IMG/VR virus record: IMGVR_UViG_3300005826_000001 | Location: 1-64,000 of that record | Reading direction: 5' to 3' (one strand) | Length of the DNA: 64,000 bases | From: an uncultured virus (IMG/VR IMGVR_UViG_3300005826_000001) | Lineage: Duplodnaviria > Heunggongvirae > Uroviricota > Caudoviricetes | Shown: in pieces, positions 28,245 through 38,222 of the stretch | How positions within the stretch are numbered: position 1 is the stretch's first letter | How the letters are laid out: the number at the start of each line of letters is the position of its first letter | Notes under the pieces: generated by a model | What the model was told of the DNA's origin: nothing | The model's database searches: none | The model's input: the letters and a program-made list of their open reading frames with translations, nothing else | Program-made: the position numbers and the translations under genes

Positions 28245-29216
28245 ATGTCACAGATCACCAACAGCTACCTCATGTGGATCGGTCAAGAGCACTACGGGTC
28301 CATCGAGTCCTACACAGACGAAGCACTCGCACTCGGAGTCTCCAAGCGGCTCCCCAACGTCGCCACCGCCGCCGCCCTTATGGAGCCCGGCACGGTCATT
28401 TTCGTCGCGCATGACGAGGGCGAGTACAGCGAGTGTCCGGATTGCGTCGGCGTTATTGAAAACCCGGAGCGGCGGAAGCTCCAAAACGAGATCGATCGCA
28501 TCGGCGCAGAGTCCGACAAGCTCATCGACGCACTCCAAGCCGCCACCGACGCCGATGAGGTCACCGAGAAGGCACGCCTTCAGAAGCTCCTGGACAACCG
28601 CGCACGCAAGACCACAGAGCTTCAGGCGCAATACGACGCGGAGCCCGAGACCATCGAGGCAGGGACCGGCGGGCACATCACCCTCAAGGACGGCTCGATC
28701 TGGGACCACCGCAAGTACAACTACTGGCTTCATCAGCCCAAGCGCTTCAGCATCAAGAACGTCGCCGACACCTCGATGTGCGCCACCTGCGGCGGGACGG
28801 GGCGGCTCCCGCAAGGCAAGGTGTTCGGGATGTTCATCCCCAGCGCCATCGAATACATCCTCAAGCCCGAGGATGACGAGCAGGTTCGCAAGGACATGGC
28901 CGCCGCCGGTTTCCGCCTGGTTGAAGTCACCGCCGCCGAAGCGGAGCACAAGCGGGGCTGCGGGAAGCGCAAGCCCGGTGGCGTGTACGCGGTCACCGAC
29001 AAGGGCGAAGTCACCGCCGAAGCGGCCAAGGCGGCAGTCAAGGATCTGGTCGACTCCGGCAAGCTCCAGCCCGAAGCTGTCGAGCTCAACGGCAACTTCG
29101 CTCGCTTCTTGGTTCCGGTCGACATCGACTGCAAGCGCTTCCGTGGTCTGAAGAAGTGGTCCTTGGACCCTCGGGCCGAAGCAGAAGCGGAGATGATTCT
29201 GGACGCGATGGCCTAA
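28245..29216 (+). CDS. Hypothetical early protein (coiled coil, CxxC pairs)
   Basis: GGGAGTCAGCCATG start; strong GC3 codon bias; CPDC, CATCGGTG and RGCG. Confidence 0.75.
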   Translation: MSQITNSYLMWIGQEHYGSIESYTDEALALGVSKRLPNVATAAALMEPGTVIFVAHDEGEYSECPDCVGVIENPERRKLQNEIDRIGAESDKLIDALQAATDADEVTEKARLQKLLDNRARKTTELQAQYDAEPETIEAGTGGHITLKDGSIWDHRKYNYWLHQPKRFSIKNVADTSMCATCGGTGRLPQGKVFGMFIPSAIEYILKPEDDEQVRKDMAAAGFRLVEVTAAEAEHKRGCGKRKPGGVYAVTDKGEVTAEAAKAAVKDLVDSGKLQPEAVELNGNFARFLVPVDIDCKRFRGLKKWSLDPRAEAEAEMILDAMA

Positions 29217-29222
29217 GACCAC

Positions 29223-29259
29223 AGCGGCGGGCACCCTCGGAGGGTGCCCAAGCCGCTTT
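29223..29259 (+). terminator. GC-rich hairpin after the gene
   Basis: AGCGGC-GGGCACCCTC-G-GAGGGTGCCC-AA-GCCGCT-TT. Confidence 0.6.
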
Positions 29260-29284
29260 GGCGCCTTGAGAAATCAACACGGGA

Positions 29285-29354
29285 CAAAATCGACCTTGGG
29301 CGCCAACTTTTTTGGCCACTTCCACTCGACTTTTACAGTGGATGGACTTATGAT
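29285..29354 (+). promoter_or_regulatory. Early promoter copy 4 with inverted upstream element
   Basis: CAAAATCGACC-N-CAACTTTTTTGG, then TCGACT(29326)-17-TATGAT(29349). Confidence 0.75.
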
Positions 29355-29386
29355 ATAGGTAGGACAAGGAAAGAACGGAGTCGACC

Positions 29387-29578
29387 ATGAAGAAAGCAAC
29401 AACGGATCAGGTTATCGACAAAGCCCGACGCTATTGGAAGGCACATCGCCAGCTAACATCCTCAAGAACCGGTTATGAGGCGTATCAGCGAGCCTACCGC
29501 AAGGCACTCGATGATCTCCGGACGCTATCCCATTGGGAGCGCCAGCTCATCCTCAACGGCGACATCGGCAAGGAGTAG
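29387..29578 (+). CDS. Hypothetical early protein
   Basis: GGAGTCGACCATG start after the promoter. Confidence 0.55.
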   Translation: MKKATTDQVIDKARRYWKAHRQLTSSRTGYEAYQRAYRKALDDLRTLSHWERQLILNGDIGKE

Positions 29579-29581
29579 GTC

Positions 29582-29776
29582 ATGGACGCGAAGCAGCTAG
29601 CAAGGGCAAAGAAGATTCAGAAGCTCCGGGAGCAAGCGACGGAGCTAGGTGAGCTCATGGGCGAGGCATACAACCTCGGCAACGTCCGAGAAGGGGACGA
29701 TCACGCCAAGGAATACCGCAAGCTCATGGACCGTATCGGGCGCCTTGTTGAGCTCAACGAAGGATTGACGCTGTAG
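29582..29776 (+). CDS. Hypothetical early protein
   Basis: AAGGAG RBS. Confidence 0.55.
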   Translation: MDAKQLARAKKIQKLREQATELGELMGEAYNLGNVREGDDHAKEYRKLMDRIGRLVELNEGLTL

Positions 29777-29862
29777 CAAGGGAGGTGGGCGGGCACCTCC
29801 GAGAAGGCACCCGCCTTATTTCAAACCAGGCTCGTTGGACAAGTTGTACAAGGGAGTCAGCC

Positions 29863-30438
29863 ATGCCAACACTCGACCAACTCCGACAGCGCTTTGGGAC
29901 AAGCAACACACCCGCTTCACAGCCTAGCAAAACGGCCAACAAGCCTGATTTTGAAACCCGGCTGGACGATATGGGCGATGCTTTGACGGCGATGTCGGGA
30001 AAGGGGCCTGGGCATCTCAAGGATAATACTCCGCCGCCGCCACCTCCGCCTGAGAAAGCACCGAAGCGCAAGCCAGAGCCGCTCCCCAAGGCCAAGACTC
30101 CGCCGCCGCGTCCACCGCTCCCGCACGGGCCGAAAATGGCCGAAGCGGAGCTGCTTCCGCCACCTCCGCCCTACAAGGTTCACGAGCGCATCCCGCTTCA
30201 TCTCCGGGATGAGCGTTCCGACAAGGTGTATGTGGTCGAGATCTTGGCAACAAAGGTTGGCATCGGGGCGACCAAAACGACATCCTACAAGGTGCGGGCC
30301 CAGTACGGTCGCCGGGGCAAGGCTATGAAGATCACCGACAAGGGTGTGTTCAGCACAGAATATTTGGCCCGTAAAGCAGCATTTGAGCTGGCTGGCGACA
30401 AGGCGCTGAAGGGCTACAAGAACGGGCTCAATCCGTGA
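29863..30438 (+). CDS. Pro-rich protein with C-terminal WGR-like domain
   Basis: SDKVY...Y.V...YGRRG...F...A......K..KGY matches the WGR domain pattern; GGGAGTCAGCCATG start. Confidence 0.65.
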   Translation: MPTLDQLRQRFGTSNTPASQPSKTANKPDFETRLDDMGDALTAMSGKGPGHLKDNTPPPPPPPEKAPKRKPEPLPKAKTPPPRPPLPHGPKMAEAELLPPPPPYKVHERIPLHLRDERSDKVYVVEILATKVGIGATKTTSYKVRAQYGRRGKAMKITDKGVFSTEYLARKAAFELAGDKALKGYKNGLNP

Positions 30439-30491
30439 CTCGGTTCCCAGACGCATCCACGCTATGATCACCTCCATCAAGGAGGCACACG

Positions 30492-30794
30492 ATGGCCAAG
30501 AATCCAGTCGGGCCCAAGCCACGTCCTGAGAAGCCCAAAGAGACTGGCCCCAAGGACAAGCCCATCCCGAGCGGCAAGAAGAACAGGCCGCAGTACTGGC
30601 GAGCGACGCTCACCGCCGACGATGGCCGAGCCTATGAGGGCACGGGCCCAAGCTCCAATTCCGCGATTCAAGCGGCACACCAATTTGCCATCAAGCGGCG
30701 CAAGCGAGATGGGCAGCCGCCGCCGGGACCGGCCAACCAGATGGGTCAAAGCATAGTAGAGATCACCGACGGGCCGCATCCGCGTGAGCTCTAA
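30492..30794 (+). CDS. Hypothetical protein
   Basis: AAGGAGG RBS. Confidence 0.55.
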   Translation: MAKNPVGPKPRPEKPKETGPKDKPIPSGKKNRPQYWRATLTADDGRAYEGTGPSSNSAIQAAHQFAIKRRKRDGQPPPGPANQMGQSIVEITDGPHPREL

Positions 30795-30844
30795 TCAGCG
30801 CCGACGGCTCCCTGTATGTAGATACGGTTCAAGGAGGTGGCGCC

Positions 30845-31060
30845 GTGTCGGACATCGAGAGCATCAGGGACATCATCGGCAAGCTCCCGAGGGGCTACAC
30901 ACTCGCCCACGACAAGCCGGTCACGCATCTGGAGCTGAATTTCACCGGAGCGCTCCTGGAGAGCAGGCGCGGAATATACCACATCCAGCGCGGCCAGACC
31001 AAGGTGCGTGTCCATCCTCGGGATACACTCGCTTGGGGATTTGATGCCGACGCTGGATGA
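30845..31060 (+). CDS. Hypothetical protein
   Basis: AAGGAGGT RBS with GTG start. Confidence 0.55.
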   Translation: MSDIESIRDIIGKLPRGYTLAHDKPVTHLELNFTGALLESRRGIYHIQRGQTKVRVHPRDTLAWGFDADAG

Positions 31061-31340
31061 GCTGCGCCGCCGTTTCTCGACTCCGCCGCCGGAGCCCATC
31101 AAGCCATACATACCAGGGTTGTCGGTTCCAGGGTGGTTCTGGAAGTTGCCACGCACGGGGCCATGTGAAGAGTGCGAGCGGCACGGACGCAAGGCGGAGG
31201 GGACTCGGGCGCCGGTGATGACCGCATACGGGGACGCAGAAAGTGACACGCCGCCAATTCTCTGTGAAGAACACATGGAAGAATGGGTGGGGTTTTGGCA
31301 GGAGCAATGGGATGAATACCAAAGCGGGTTGCTCCCGTGA
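31044..31340 (+). CDS. Hypothetical protein (CxxC...C..H)
   Basis: Begins MPTLDELRRRF, like the ORF at 29863. Confidence 0.6.
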   Translation: MPTLDELRRRFSTPPPEPIKPYIPGLSVPGWFWKLPRTGPCEECERHGRKAEGTRAPVMTAYGDAESDTPPILCEEHMEEWVGFWQEQWDEYQSGLLP

Positions 31341-31355
31341 AAGGACGCATAAAAC

Positions 31356-31589
31356 ATGGAAAGAAAGGATGGGGTGGAAGCAGAGATCATGGAGTTGCTG
31401 AAGGACAAGAGGTTGAGTCATTCAGAGATCCACGACGCCTTGTCCACAAAGGTCCAATCCCGATACCTGGACGGAGCGCTCCAGACGCTCCGCAAGGCAT
31501 CTCGCATCGCCTATGATGGCAGGAAGTGGTACGACACCCGCCAGAGAGTCTGCATGAATTGCGGCGGCAAGGGATACACGCTATCATGA
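31356..31589 (+). CDS. Small winged-HTH-like protein with CxxCGGxG
   Basis: I.ELL...LS..EI...L..LR...I pattern. Confidence 0.45.
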   Translation: MERKDGVEAEIMELLKDKRLSHSEIHDALSTKVQSRYLDGALQTLRKASRIAYDGRKWYDTRQRVCMNCGGKGYTLS

Positions 31590-31972
31590 CCAAGAACATC
31601 ATGGATTGGAACAAGATCAGCGACAACGGCACAAGTTTTCATGGCTGGCGGCTCGATGGCGTCCTGCTCAACCTTCTGCGACCGGAGGGTGCGCCGGAGG
31701 TGTCCAGCTGGCCACGGAAACGCACAGAAGATTGGAACAAGCAATTTGATGATCCGGAAGCAGGCGCGAAGCTCCGAGGGCTGCTGAAGACCGCCGCCGG
31801 GACGGAGTGCGAGAACAGCTGCGGATACGATGATTGCATCCACAACGCCGCTCGGGCCATCCTCGGGCTCCAGAGCGTTGTCGAGCACGATCCGGAGTGT
31901 GAGACCTGTAAGCAGATCCGAGAAGGGCGACGGATCATTGATGTGAGGTTAGAAGATGATCTTCAAGGATGA
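31586..31972 (+). CDS. Hypothetical protein
   Basis: ATGA overlap; Cys-rich C-terminus. Confidence 0.5.
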   Translation: MTKNIMDWNKISDNGTSFHGWRLDGVLLNLLRPEGAPEVSSWPRKRTEDWNKQFDDPEAGAKLRGLLKTAAGTECENSCGYDDCIHNAARAILGLQSVVEHDPECETCKQIREGRRIIDVRLEDDLQG

Positions 31973-32204
31973 GCACTTCAAGAAGCTCCTGGTCAACGGC
32001 GACCGGGTGGCCATCGGTGACGGTTACCGATACATCACCCACACCGTGACGCTCCAGACGGCGCAGAAAATGGGCCACAAAATCCATGAAGAATTGGTGA
32101 TCAACGGGTTTGATCTTCGCCGTCACATCGAGCGGACGGAGGACAACGTCAACAACACCATCACGTATCACCAATTTTTGCCGATAGAACAAAGGCGAGT
32201 CTGA
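31956..32204 (+). CDS. Hypothetical protein
   Basis: GAGG RBS; overlap with the upstream ORF. Confidence 0.5.
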   Translation: MIFKDEHFKKLLVNGDRVAIGDGYRYITHTVTLQTAQKMGHKIHEELVINGFDLRRHIERTEDNVNNTITYHQFLPIEQRRV

Positions 32205-32254
32205 GTCCAGGCGGAGGGTTGGGGGACGCACGAAAACAGCAGGAAAGTGGTGTT

Positions 32255-32689
32255 ATGCTCGGGCTAGATGACAACGGGCACGGGGCGGAGCTTGTCCGCG
32301 TGCTGAAGAAGGGGCCCATCCGAGTTCTGCTCAACCACGAGGGGGACGCGGTGCCCACCTGGCAGGCACGCCGGGACGGGATTCACTACGACATCGTGCT
32401 GATGCGATCGGATGGGTGGACGCTCGGAGCGCCAAGTCACCTTCGCCAAGCGGCGGAGAACATCCTCGGCACTCCGCCGCTGATCACCATAGAGTGGGAC
32501 GCGGAGGGGATGACGATTTCAGACCGCTCCGGACGGGTGCTCAAGTACCCAACGACGGAGCACGCGCTGAAGGCCATCCTGGACGAGCAGATCCAATATC
32601 AGAGGGCGATGACCAAGGAGCTGAGGACCAGCAACAAGCCATTTTCGGCAGCAACACTAGAACAGCTCCGGGACCGCTGGCGGCAATAA
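32255..32689 (+). CDS. Hypothetical protein
   Basis: Start uncertain; ends ATLEQLRDRWRQ. Confidence 0.5.
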   Translation: MLGLDDNGHGAELVRVLKKGPIRVLLNHEGDAVPTWQARRDGIHYDIVLMRSDGWTLGAPSHLRQAAENILGTPPLITIEWDAEGMTISDRSGRVLKYPTTEHALKAILDEQIQYQRAMTKELRTSNKPFSAATLEQLRDRWRQ

Positions 32690-32720
32690 CAAACAAAATC
32701 ACCCATAGGAGACAGTCCGG

Positions 32721-33140
32721 ATGGGACGAAACGACTTGGACGGCGAAGTGCTGTGGACCGGGCTGGACTTGGGCGATGAGTGGGACAACGAGCGATGGGA
32801 ACGCAAGGCACGAGAATATGAGGCCAAGCATCAGGCACGAGCAACACAATTTTATGGATGGAGGGAGATGGTGAGCAAGCTCCGCATCGAGGATGGTGAT
32901 TTGATCCTGCTCAAGTACCAGCAGGGCTCGCCGCCCGACGGCGCCGACATCGAGCTGGTGCGCGAAGCAATCCGGAGGACAGGTGCAAAGGCCACAGCAC
33001 TGTTCATCCCAGCCGATTGGGGGCTCCATCGCATCCCGAGGGACCTGGCAGCCAAGGTGCTTTCGGAAGTCAGCCGGGGCGTGCCGCCGAAAATGGGCAC
33101 AGGATACAACGCGAAGCCACGCGGGAGCAAGAAACCATGA
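32721..33140 (+). CDS. Hypothetical protein
   Basis: AGGAG RBS; a possible second start lies at MVSKL. Confidence 0.5.
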   Translation: MGRNDLDGEVLWTGLDLGDEWDNERWERKAREYEAKHQARATQFYGWREMVSKLRIEDGDLILLKYQQGSPPDGADIELVREAIRRTGAKATALFIPADWGLHRIPRDLAAKVLSEVSRGVPPKMGTGYNAKPRGSKKP

Positions 33141-33358
33141 CGGAAAACACATCAACGTTGAACCACAATCTCCGGACGCTGATCACGGAGCTTCAGCTTC
33201 ATCGAAAGTCGCAAGAACGGTTGACCGAAGCGATAGAGCGTCTCAACGACCGGCTGGATCAAATCCGGGCGCCGCTTTATCCGGACGTGAACGCCGACCG
33301 TTTGCAACCTGACACGCCCAAAGAGGCAAAAATCATGCGGGGGAACCGAGAAGGATGA
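33137..33358 (+). CDS. Hypothetical coiled-coil protein
   Basis: ATGA overlaps on both sides. Confidence 0.45.
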   Translation: MTENTSTLNHNLRTLITELQLHRKSQERLTEAIERLNDRLDQIRAPLYPDVNADRLQPDTPKEAKIMRGNREG

Positions 33359-33651
33359 CACCGGAGCACAAAGTGGAAAGCAACCTGGTTGGAAACATCA
33401 TCTGCGACAATGACCCGAGGGACAGGACGGAGTTCATCGGCAAGCTAGAAGCGCTCATGCACACCTATGACGTCGATGCGGTTGACGTGGGCTGGCGGCG
33501 TCCCGCCCGTTCGTGCCCGTGGTGTAACGAGAAGCATAAAATGCAGGCCAAACGGCTCCGCAACGCCGTGGAGAAGACCATCAAGGCAAGCGCACCCCAT
33601 TCCGCCATAGAACTGTGTGCGGAAACGAAGCCAGAAACAGACAAATCCTAA
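33355..33651 (+). CDS. Hypothetical protein
   Basis: ATGA overlap; CPWC. Confidence 0.45.
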   Translation: MTPEHKVESNLVGNIICDNDPRDRTEFIGKLEALMHTYDVDAVDVGWRRPARSCPWCNEKHKMQAKRLRNAVEKTIKASAPHSAIELCAETKPETDKS

Positions 33652-33654
33652 CGA

Positions 33655-35600
33655 GCACCACCGGACGGAAACGCCACCTGAACAAAGCACCGAGAAGAGA
33701 CACGAAAACACCCATAGAAATTTGGCACGCCAAAGCGGCACAAGAAACGCACCCGCATGGACACAGACAATGCTCCAGCCAACGCAAACCCATAGAATTC
33801 AACTCGGACAACACCTAAACGAGCAACGAAGCCGGAAACACGCCTTTTATTGGAAGCCCTAAGAAACCGGACTTCAAGATCAAACATCGAGGCTGTTTAT
33901 CCGCGCACCACAGCAACTCAAGTCCAACAGCATTGCACGAGCCCAGAAAACACCATCCCTCCCACAGCCCGGAAAAACCAGACCCCACCTCGAAGCCCCA
34001 CGCACAAGGAAACAACAGAAGGCATCGCAGACAACTACAACACAAGTCTACACGAGAAATGAGAGAAGCCACTAGAACAAGCGAGAAGAACATAGGAGCA
34101 TATACAAGTACCCGTATGACGAGTACAAGGGAGGGATAGGAGCGAGAAAAGGATGAAGAGCGGATAGAGTGGGGATAAGACTGAATGGGGTAGCCCGTAG
34201 AAGGGGATGTGACGAGAAACGAACAAATAAACATGACTCTAGTGGGGATAGTGGGCGGCGTGGGTGTGGTGTGGCGAAATCGTTGAACTTCCTGCCACTT
34301 GCAGTGTGCTTCGCACACACCACAGGGCGTGCGGAAACCCCATATAATTCAACCTCCACACAACACAGCTAAATAATTATACTTTCGCACACATATCACC
34401 CAACACCGCATGGCATTTTGCGTGCAAAAATGCATCATAGAGCAGGGCTCGGAGGGCATGCGCAAACCACACCTCGGAGGGGCAATCTCACCCTCCGACC
34501 GCACACCCTCCGAGGGGTGCCCGCTGCCTACCGTCCGGTAGACAATCTGGCGCTCCCAGCTACCAGATAACACATGCCTGGTTGGGTGGGATGAGTGTCT
34601 CGGCGGAGGGCTCCGAGGTGGGGGCGATTGCGGTGTGAAAGCGGAGCGACCCCCCCACTGTGGACGGAAGCGTGGGGTGGGCTGCGCCGCAGCCCAATGC
34701 CTGGCACAACCACCCCACGCTTCCCACGCCACCGTCTCACACTTCCACCCCTTTTGAACCACTCAACTACCACCCAATCACCCAACACCCATGGCCCCCA
34801 CACCTCCGCCCCACCACCTGTTTTCAGAGAAAACCCCACGCCCACACGTCACCGTCCCACACCCAACCCCACACCCCATCCCGCTCACCCCATCCACGCC
34901 ATCACCTGTTTCTAGCCAAAACCCCACACCCATGCACCACAGAACGCAACAATCGTCCCCGCCAAGACCACTCAAGCGACCACTTTCCCCGTCTCGGGAA
35001 TCGAACGACCACTATTCAAAGATATCAACACACTCCCAGAAAATACACCCGAAACACACCTAAAATACACACGCGCGTCCTTGCCCGCTATTGCCATCCG
35101 CTGTTTTCAGAAAAAACCCCACGCCGACACGTCCCAACCCCACACCCGCAACCCACCTCACACCCCATTAGGTTTGAAGGGTTGCCCGAGGCATTCTACA
35201 CGAAAGCACCCCGTCTCACCTACCGGCCCACCGCAGACGAGACACTGTCCACCGCCGCCCGTTCGAGTCCCATCCCTATCCCCAACCCCGTCTTCAGCCC
35301 ACTTCCGAAGCTCCGCTGAATACTCGTCATCGACCTCGCCCCCACCCAACGTGTCCCTGCCCCTCAACCCACACCTTCTCCGCGCCCAGTCCATTTTCGG
35401 AGGGTGCGAGGTATACACCCTCCGACGGTTGTACACCTTGTCGTGGTCGCAGGCGCTTTGGGTTTCATTCGGCTTGCTGTAGTATCGGTCCAGACGGATG
35501 TTTGTCGTCATCGCGGTCACCTCCGGCCAACGTATTTCTGAATGTGTCCTTTCCGGCAAGCTCCGATGTTTCGCCAATCGGTCGCCCACAGGCTAGACTC
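33655..35600. other. Long non-coding, C/A-skewed region with direct repeats (candidate origin or genome end)
   Basis: No credible ORFs; C-runs dominate the + strand at 34700-35390; a CTGTTTTCAG.AAAACCCCACGCC-like repeat occurs at 34818, 34906 and 35101. Confidence 0.55.
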
Positions 35601-35637
35601 TGTCGCATTCCGATTCAACCCTGTTAGGAGCCTATCA

Positions 35638-36186
35638 ATGACAATTCCCAAGGCACTCGCCGACGCTCTGAGTGGCACCGGGGTGAGCGAAGCGCACGCC
35701 GCTGTTCTTCTGGAGCTTCTTTCCACTTCGCTGGGATGGGGCGAGACATCGGACTGTGCCTCGCGCTTCACTCCAGACGGTGGTTTTGCAATCCGGCTGC
35801 TCAACGGCACTGGCGTGCCGAGCGTGAGAGGCTCGGTTGTAAGTGTCGACCGGGCGGCGGAGGGCGGCTTTGTCCTCGCTCCGGCGGATTCATTCGATCC
35901 CTTCGGGGTTGTGTATGAGAACGGCGCTGCGGCGGGCCAGCCCACGTGGGTGGTGGTTGGCGGCATAGCCCATGTATTGTTGGAGGATGGCACTGCCGCT
36001 GTCCATGGCAACTGGGTGAAGGTATCCGCTTCGGCGCCAGGGCGAGCCTACGCTGAAGCGTCAACTCCGCCGGTGACCGGACTGTTGGAGCAAATCGTTG
36101 ACCACTTCCGTGAGGTGGGTCACTGTCTCCAGAGTCGCATCGCCGGTGTCGGTGTGCTTAGTCGTTGTGTCTTGCATTTCAATTGA
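35638..36186 (+). CDS. Hypothetical protein, possibly virion decoration-like
   Basis: AGGAG RBS; Gly/Val-rich FGVV...G...WVVVGG.A.V beta pattern. Confidence 0.5.
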   Translation: MTIPKALADALSGTGVSEAHAAVLLELLSTSLGWGETSDCASRFTPDGGFAIRLLNGTGVPSVRGSVVSVDRAAEGGFVLAPADSFDPFGVVYENGAAAGQPTWVVVGGIAHVLLEDGTAAVHGNWVKVSASAPGRAYAEASTPPVTGLLEQIVDHFREVGHCLQSRIAGVGVLSRCVLHFN

Positions 36187-36222
36187 GCAGACTCGGGCTA
36201 GACTAAGACTGGGAGGTGTCCA

Positions 36223-36579
36223 ATGCTCCTGGTCCGAATGTTGTCCAAGGTCGCTCACTTCATCTTGCCATGGTCTCATGCTCATTATCGGACGGCCGTT
36301 GAGGTGCCGACTCTGGTGTACATCGTTGATTCCCGTTCTGCGTTGTCGCGGCTGTATCCCGGATGGCACTGGCGCATTCGCTTCGGTGTGTACACCTTGT
36401 ATTCGAGTGCAGATGCGATGGACCGAGTGGACTCTCACCCCAGCCCCACTACTCGCTCTGCATGGGCATTTGGGGTATTGTTTCCGATGATGTTCGCCTT
36501 TGCGGATGTGGTGACGATGGTCAGAAAGGAAGTGAGCGATGGCCCAGATATCCCGATACACCCGGAAAATGGTGGCTGA
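36223..36579 (+). CDS. Hypothetical protein with hydrophobic C-terminal segment
   Basis: GGAGGT RBS. Confidence 0.45.
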   Translation: MLLVRMLSKVAHFILPWSHAHYRTAVEVPTLVYIVDSRSALSRLYPGWHWRIRFGVYTLYSSADAMDRVDSHPSPTTRSAWAFGVLFPMMFAFADVVTMVRKEVSDGPDIPIHPENGG

Positions 36580-37246
36580 GGCGGTGTCAACGATCTATGG
36601 TCGGTTGGCATCGGGCAAGAGCGACAAAGAAGTCCAAGAAGAAATGGGACTTTCAGCCAGCGAATACAATGAGCTGAAAGCCGCTATGTTTGACCAGGAG
36701 TCTGAGAACCTTCGCCGCCGGCCGGTGGAGCACGTCTATGTTGACTACATGATGAAGCAGGCAGAGAACGTTCGTGACCTATCGGCCATGATTGCCGAGT
36801 TCAAGCGGTCCAAGCAGTATTCCGCCATGGTCGGCGCAGTGCGCGCCCGTTCAGAGATATACGACAAGCTGATTGACCGTGGGCAGAGCTTCGGCCTCAT
36901 CCATCGCCAGCCGGAGCGCAAGGAGGTGGTCAACGGCGTTATCGTGACCGAGTTGAGCAACAAGGAATTGCGTTCCATGATCACCTCGGAGCTGGCGGTG
37001 CTAGAAAAGTTGATGTCCAAGTATGGTGATCAGTCCATTATCGACATGGACCCTCGCCAGCTCGCTGTCCACAACGCGACAGATCCGAGCCCGGAAGCGT
37101 CGCCCGAGCCCCATCCCGAGTCGGCACCCCCACACCCCACACCTCCGCCCCCACCCAAGAAACCCACCGGCGGCACAATCAGACACGCCAAACGTCCCAA
37201 AAATAATGGCAAAAAACGCATCAGCCTTGGCCCAGTCCCACTCTGA
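36539..37246 (+). CDS. HTH-containing helical protein, possible terminase small subunit
   Basis: GKSDKEVQEEMGLS HTH-like start, helical core, ELS..EL segment and basic Pro-rich tail; TerS assignment is inference. Confidence 0.4.
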   Translation: MAQISRYTRKMVAEAVSTIYGRLASGKSDKEVQEEMGLSASEYNELKAAMFDQESENLRRRPVEHVYVDYMMKQAENVRDLSAMIAEFKRSKQYSAMVGAVRARSEIYDKLIDRGQSFGLIHRQPERKEVVNGVIVTELSNKELRSMITSELAVLEKLMSKYGDQSIIDMDPRQLAVHNATDPSPEASPEPHPESAPPHPTPPPPPKKPTGGTIRHAKRPKNNGKKRISLGPVPL

Positions 37247-37256
37247 AGTGATATAG

Positions 37257-37367
37257 AAACACGCCGAAAACCACACGAAAAAGGCCCTAAAACACGCCGA
37301 AAACCAGACGAAAATGGCCGAAAACACGCCGAAAACCAGACGAAAATGGCCGAAAACACGCCGAAAC
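37257..37367 (+). repeat. 32-bp tandem repeat (about 3.5 copies) with phased A-tracts
   Basis: AAAACACGCCGAAAACCAGACGAAAATGGCCG is exact at 37289 and 37321, degenerate at 37257 and partial at 37353. Confidence 0.9.
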
Positions 37368-37552
37368 AGTGCGATTTGGCTGTTTTCGTGCCTTATAACC
37401 AGCCGAAACCAGCGGAAAACGGCTGATATACCGATCGGAAGCGCTCCGAGCGTCTGTTTTATCAGCCTTTATCAGCTCCAGTCAGCCAAGGCTTCAGCGT
37501 CGCCCACGTCACCGCTGTAGAAAGTCCCGACGGGCAACGAAAGGCACCGAGG

Positions 37553-37903
37553 ATGGCAAAGAACCGAGAAGACAAGCCAACGGGTGCCGGGACCCGGGAA
37601 GCCCTCCGTGCACGAAGGGCGGCGGCGAAGCGTGAGATGTTAGCGGGGTGCTCGATGAACGAGGCAGCGAAGCGTGTGCGCAAGCGCTTCGGGCTCGGAG
37701 TGTGCTTTGCGACGCTGAAGGAAATTGAGACGGAGATTGCCCGGGAGAAACCGCAGCGCCGGGGCAAGAAGTCCAAGTCCAACTTCGATTGGTACGCAGC
37801 GCGCATCCACAAGGACATGGCCAAGATGGGCATCCAGCGTCTGATGGTCGATGCCAGCGGTTATTGGGAGATCACGCGCACTGAGGACGGGCACCTGGCG
37901 TGA
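37553..37903 (+). CDS. Hypothetical basic protein
   Basis: ORF with phage-like codon usage. Confidence 0.5.
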   Translation: MAKNREDKPTGAGTREALRARRAAAKREMLAGCSMNEAAKRVRKRFGLGVCFATLKEIETEIAREKPQRRGKKSKSNFDWYAARIHKDMAKMGIQRLMVDASGYWEITRTEDGHLA

Positions 37904-37950
37904 TTCTTGAAGTGTAATCCCTAGTGAATCACTCAAACGTTTTGGAGGAT

Positions 37951-38220
37951 ATGATGTTGATTGCGGGGACGCGAGCAGGCGACGGGACGCCGATGGTGGT
38001 TATCGGGCTGTCAGAGATGAACCTCCGGAAGCTCCGAGAAGGCATGCCCATCCACAAGACACCGTCGGCGACGGGCGGAGCGTTGAATTTCCATCTGGTG
38101 ATTGAGTACGGTGAGACTGAAAACGACATCATCCGACGGCTCCAGGACGCGGGGTTCAACTTCACCTCCGACCCTGAAGAGCACCGGAAGCGGCCAAATC
38201 CAGATCCAAACGGGCACTGA
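37951..38220 (+). CDS. Hypothetical protein
   Basis: GGAGG RBS; IGLS..NL..L..G.PI pattern. Confidence 0.5.
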   Translation: MMLIAGTRAGDGTPMVVIGLSEMNLRKLREGMPIHKTPSATGGALNFHLVIEYGETENDIIRRLQDAGFNFTSDPEEHRKRPNPDPNGH

Positions 38221-38222
38221 GC

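Noticed and set aside
33615..35589. His/Pro/Thr-rich ORFs in the skewed region
   Set aside because: Their composition follows the C/A skew, with no RBS or codon bias.
37257..37367. CRISPR array
   Set aside because: Repeats are contiguous with no unique spacers, and no cas genes are present.
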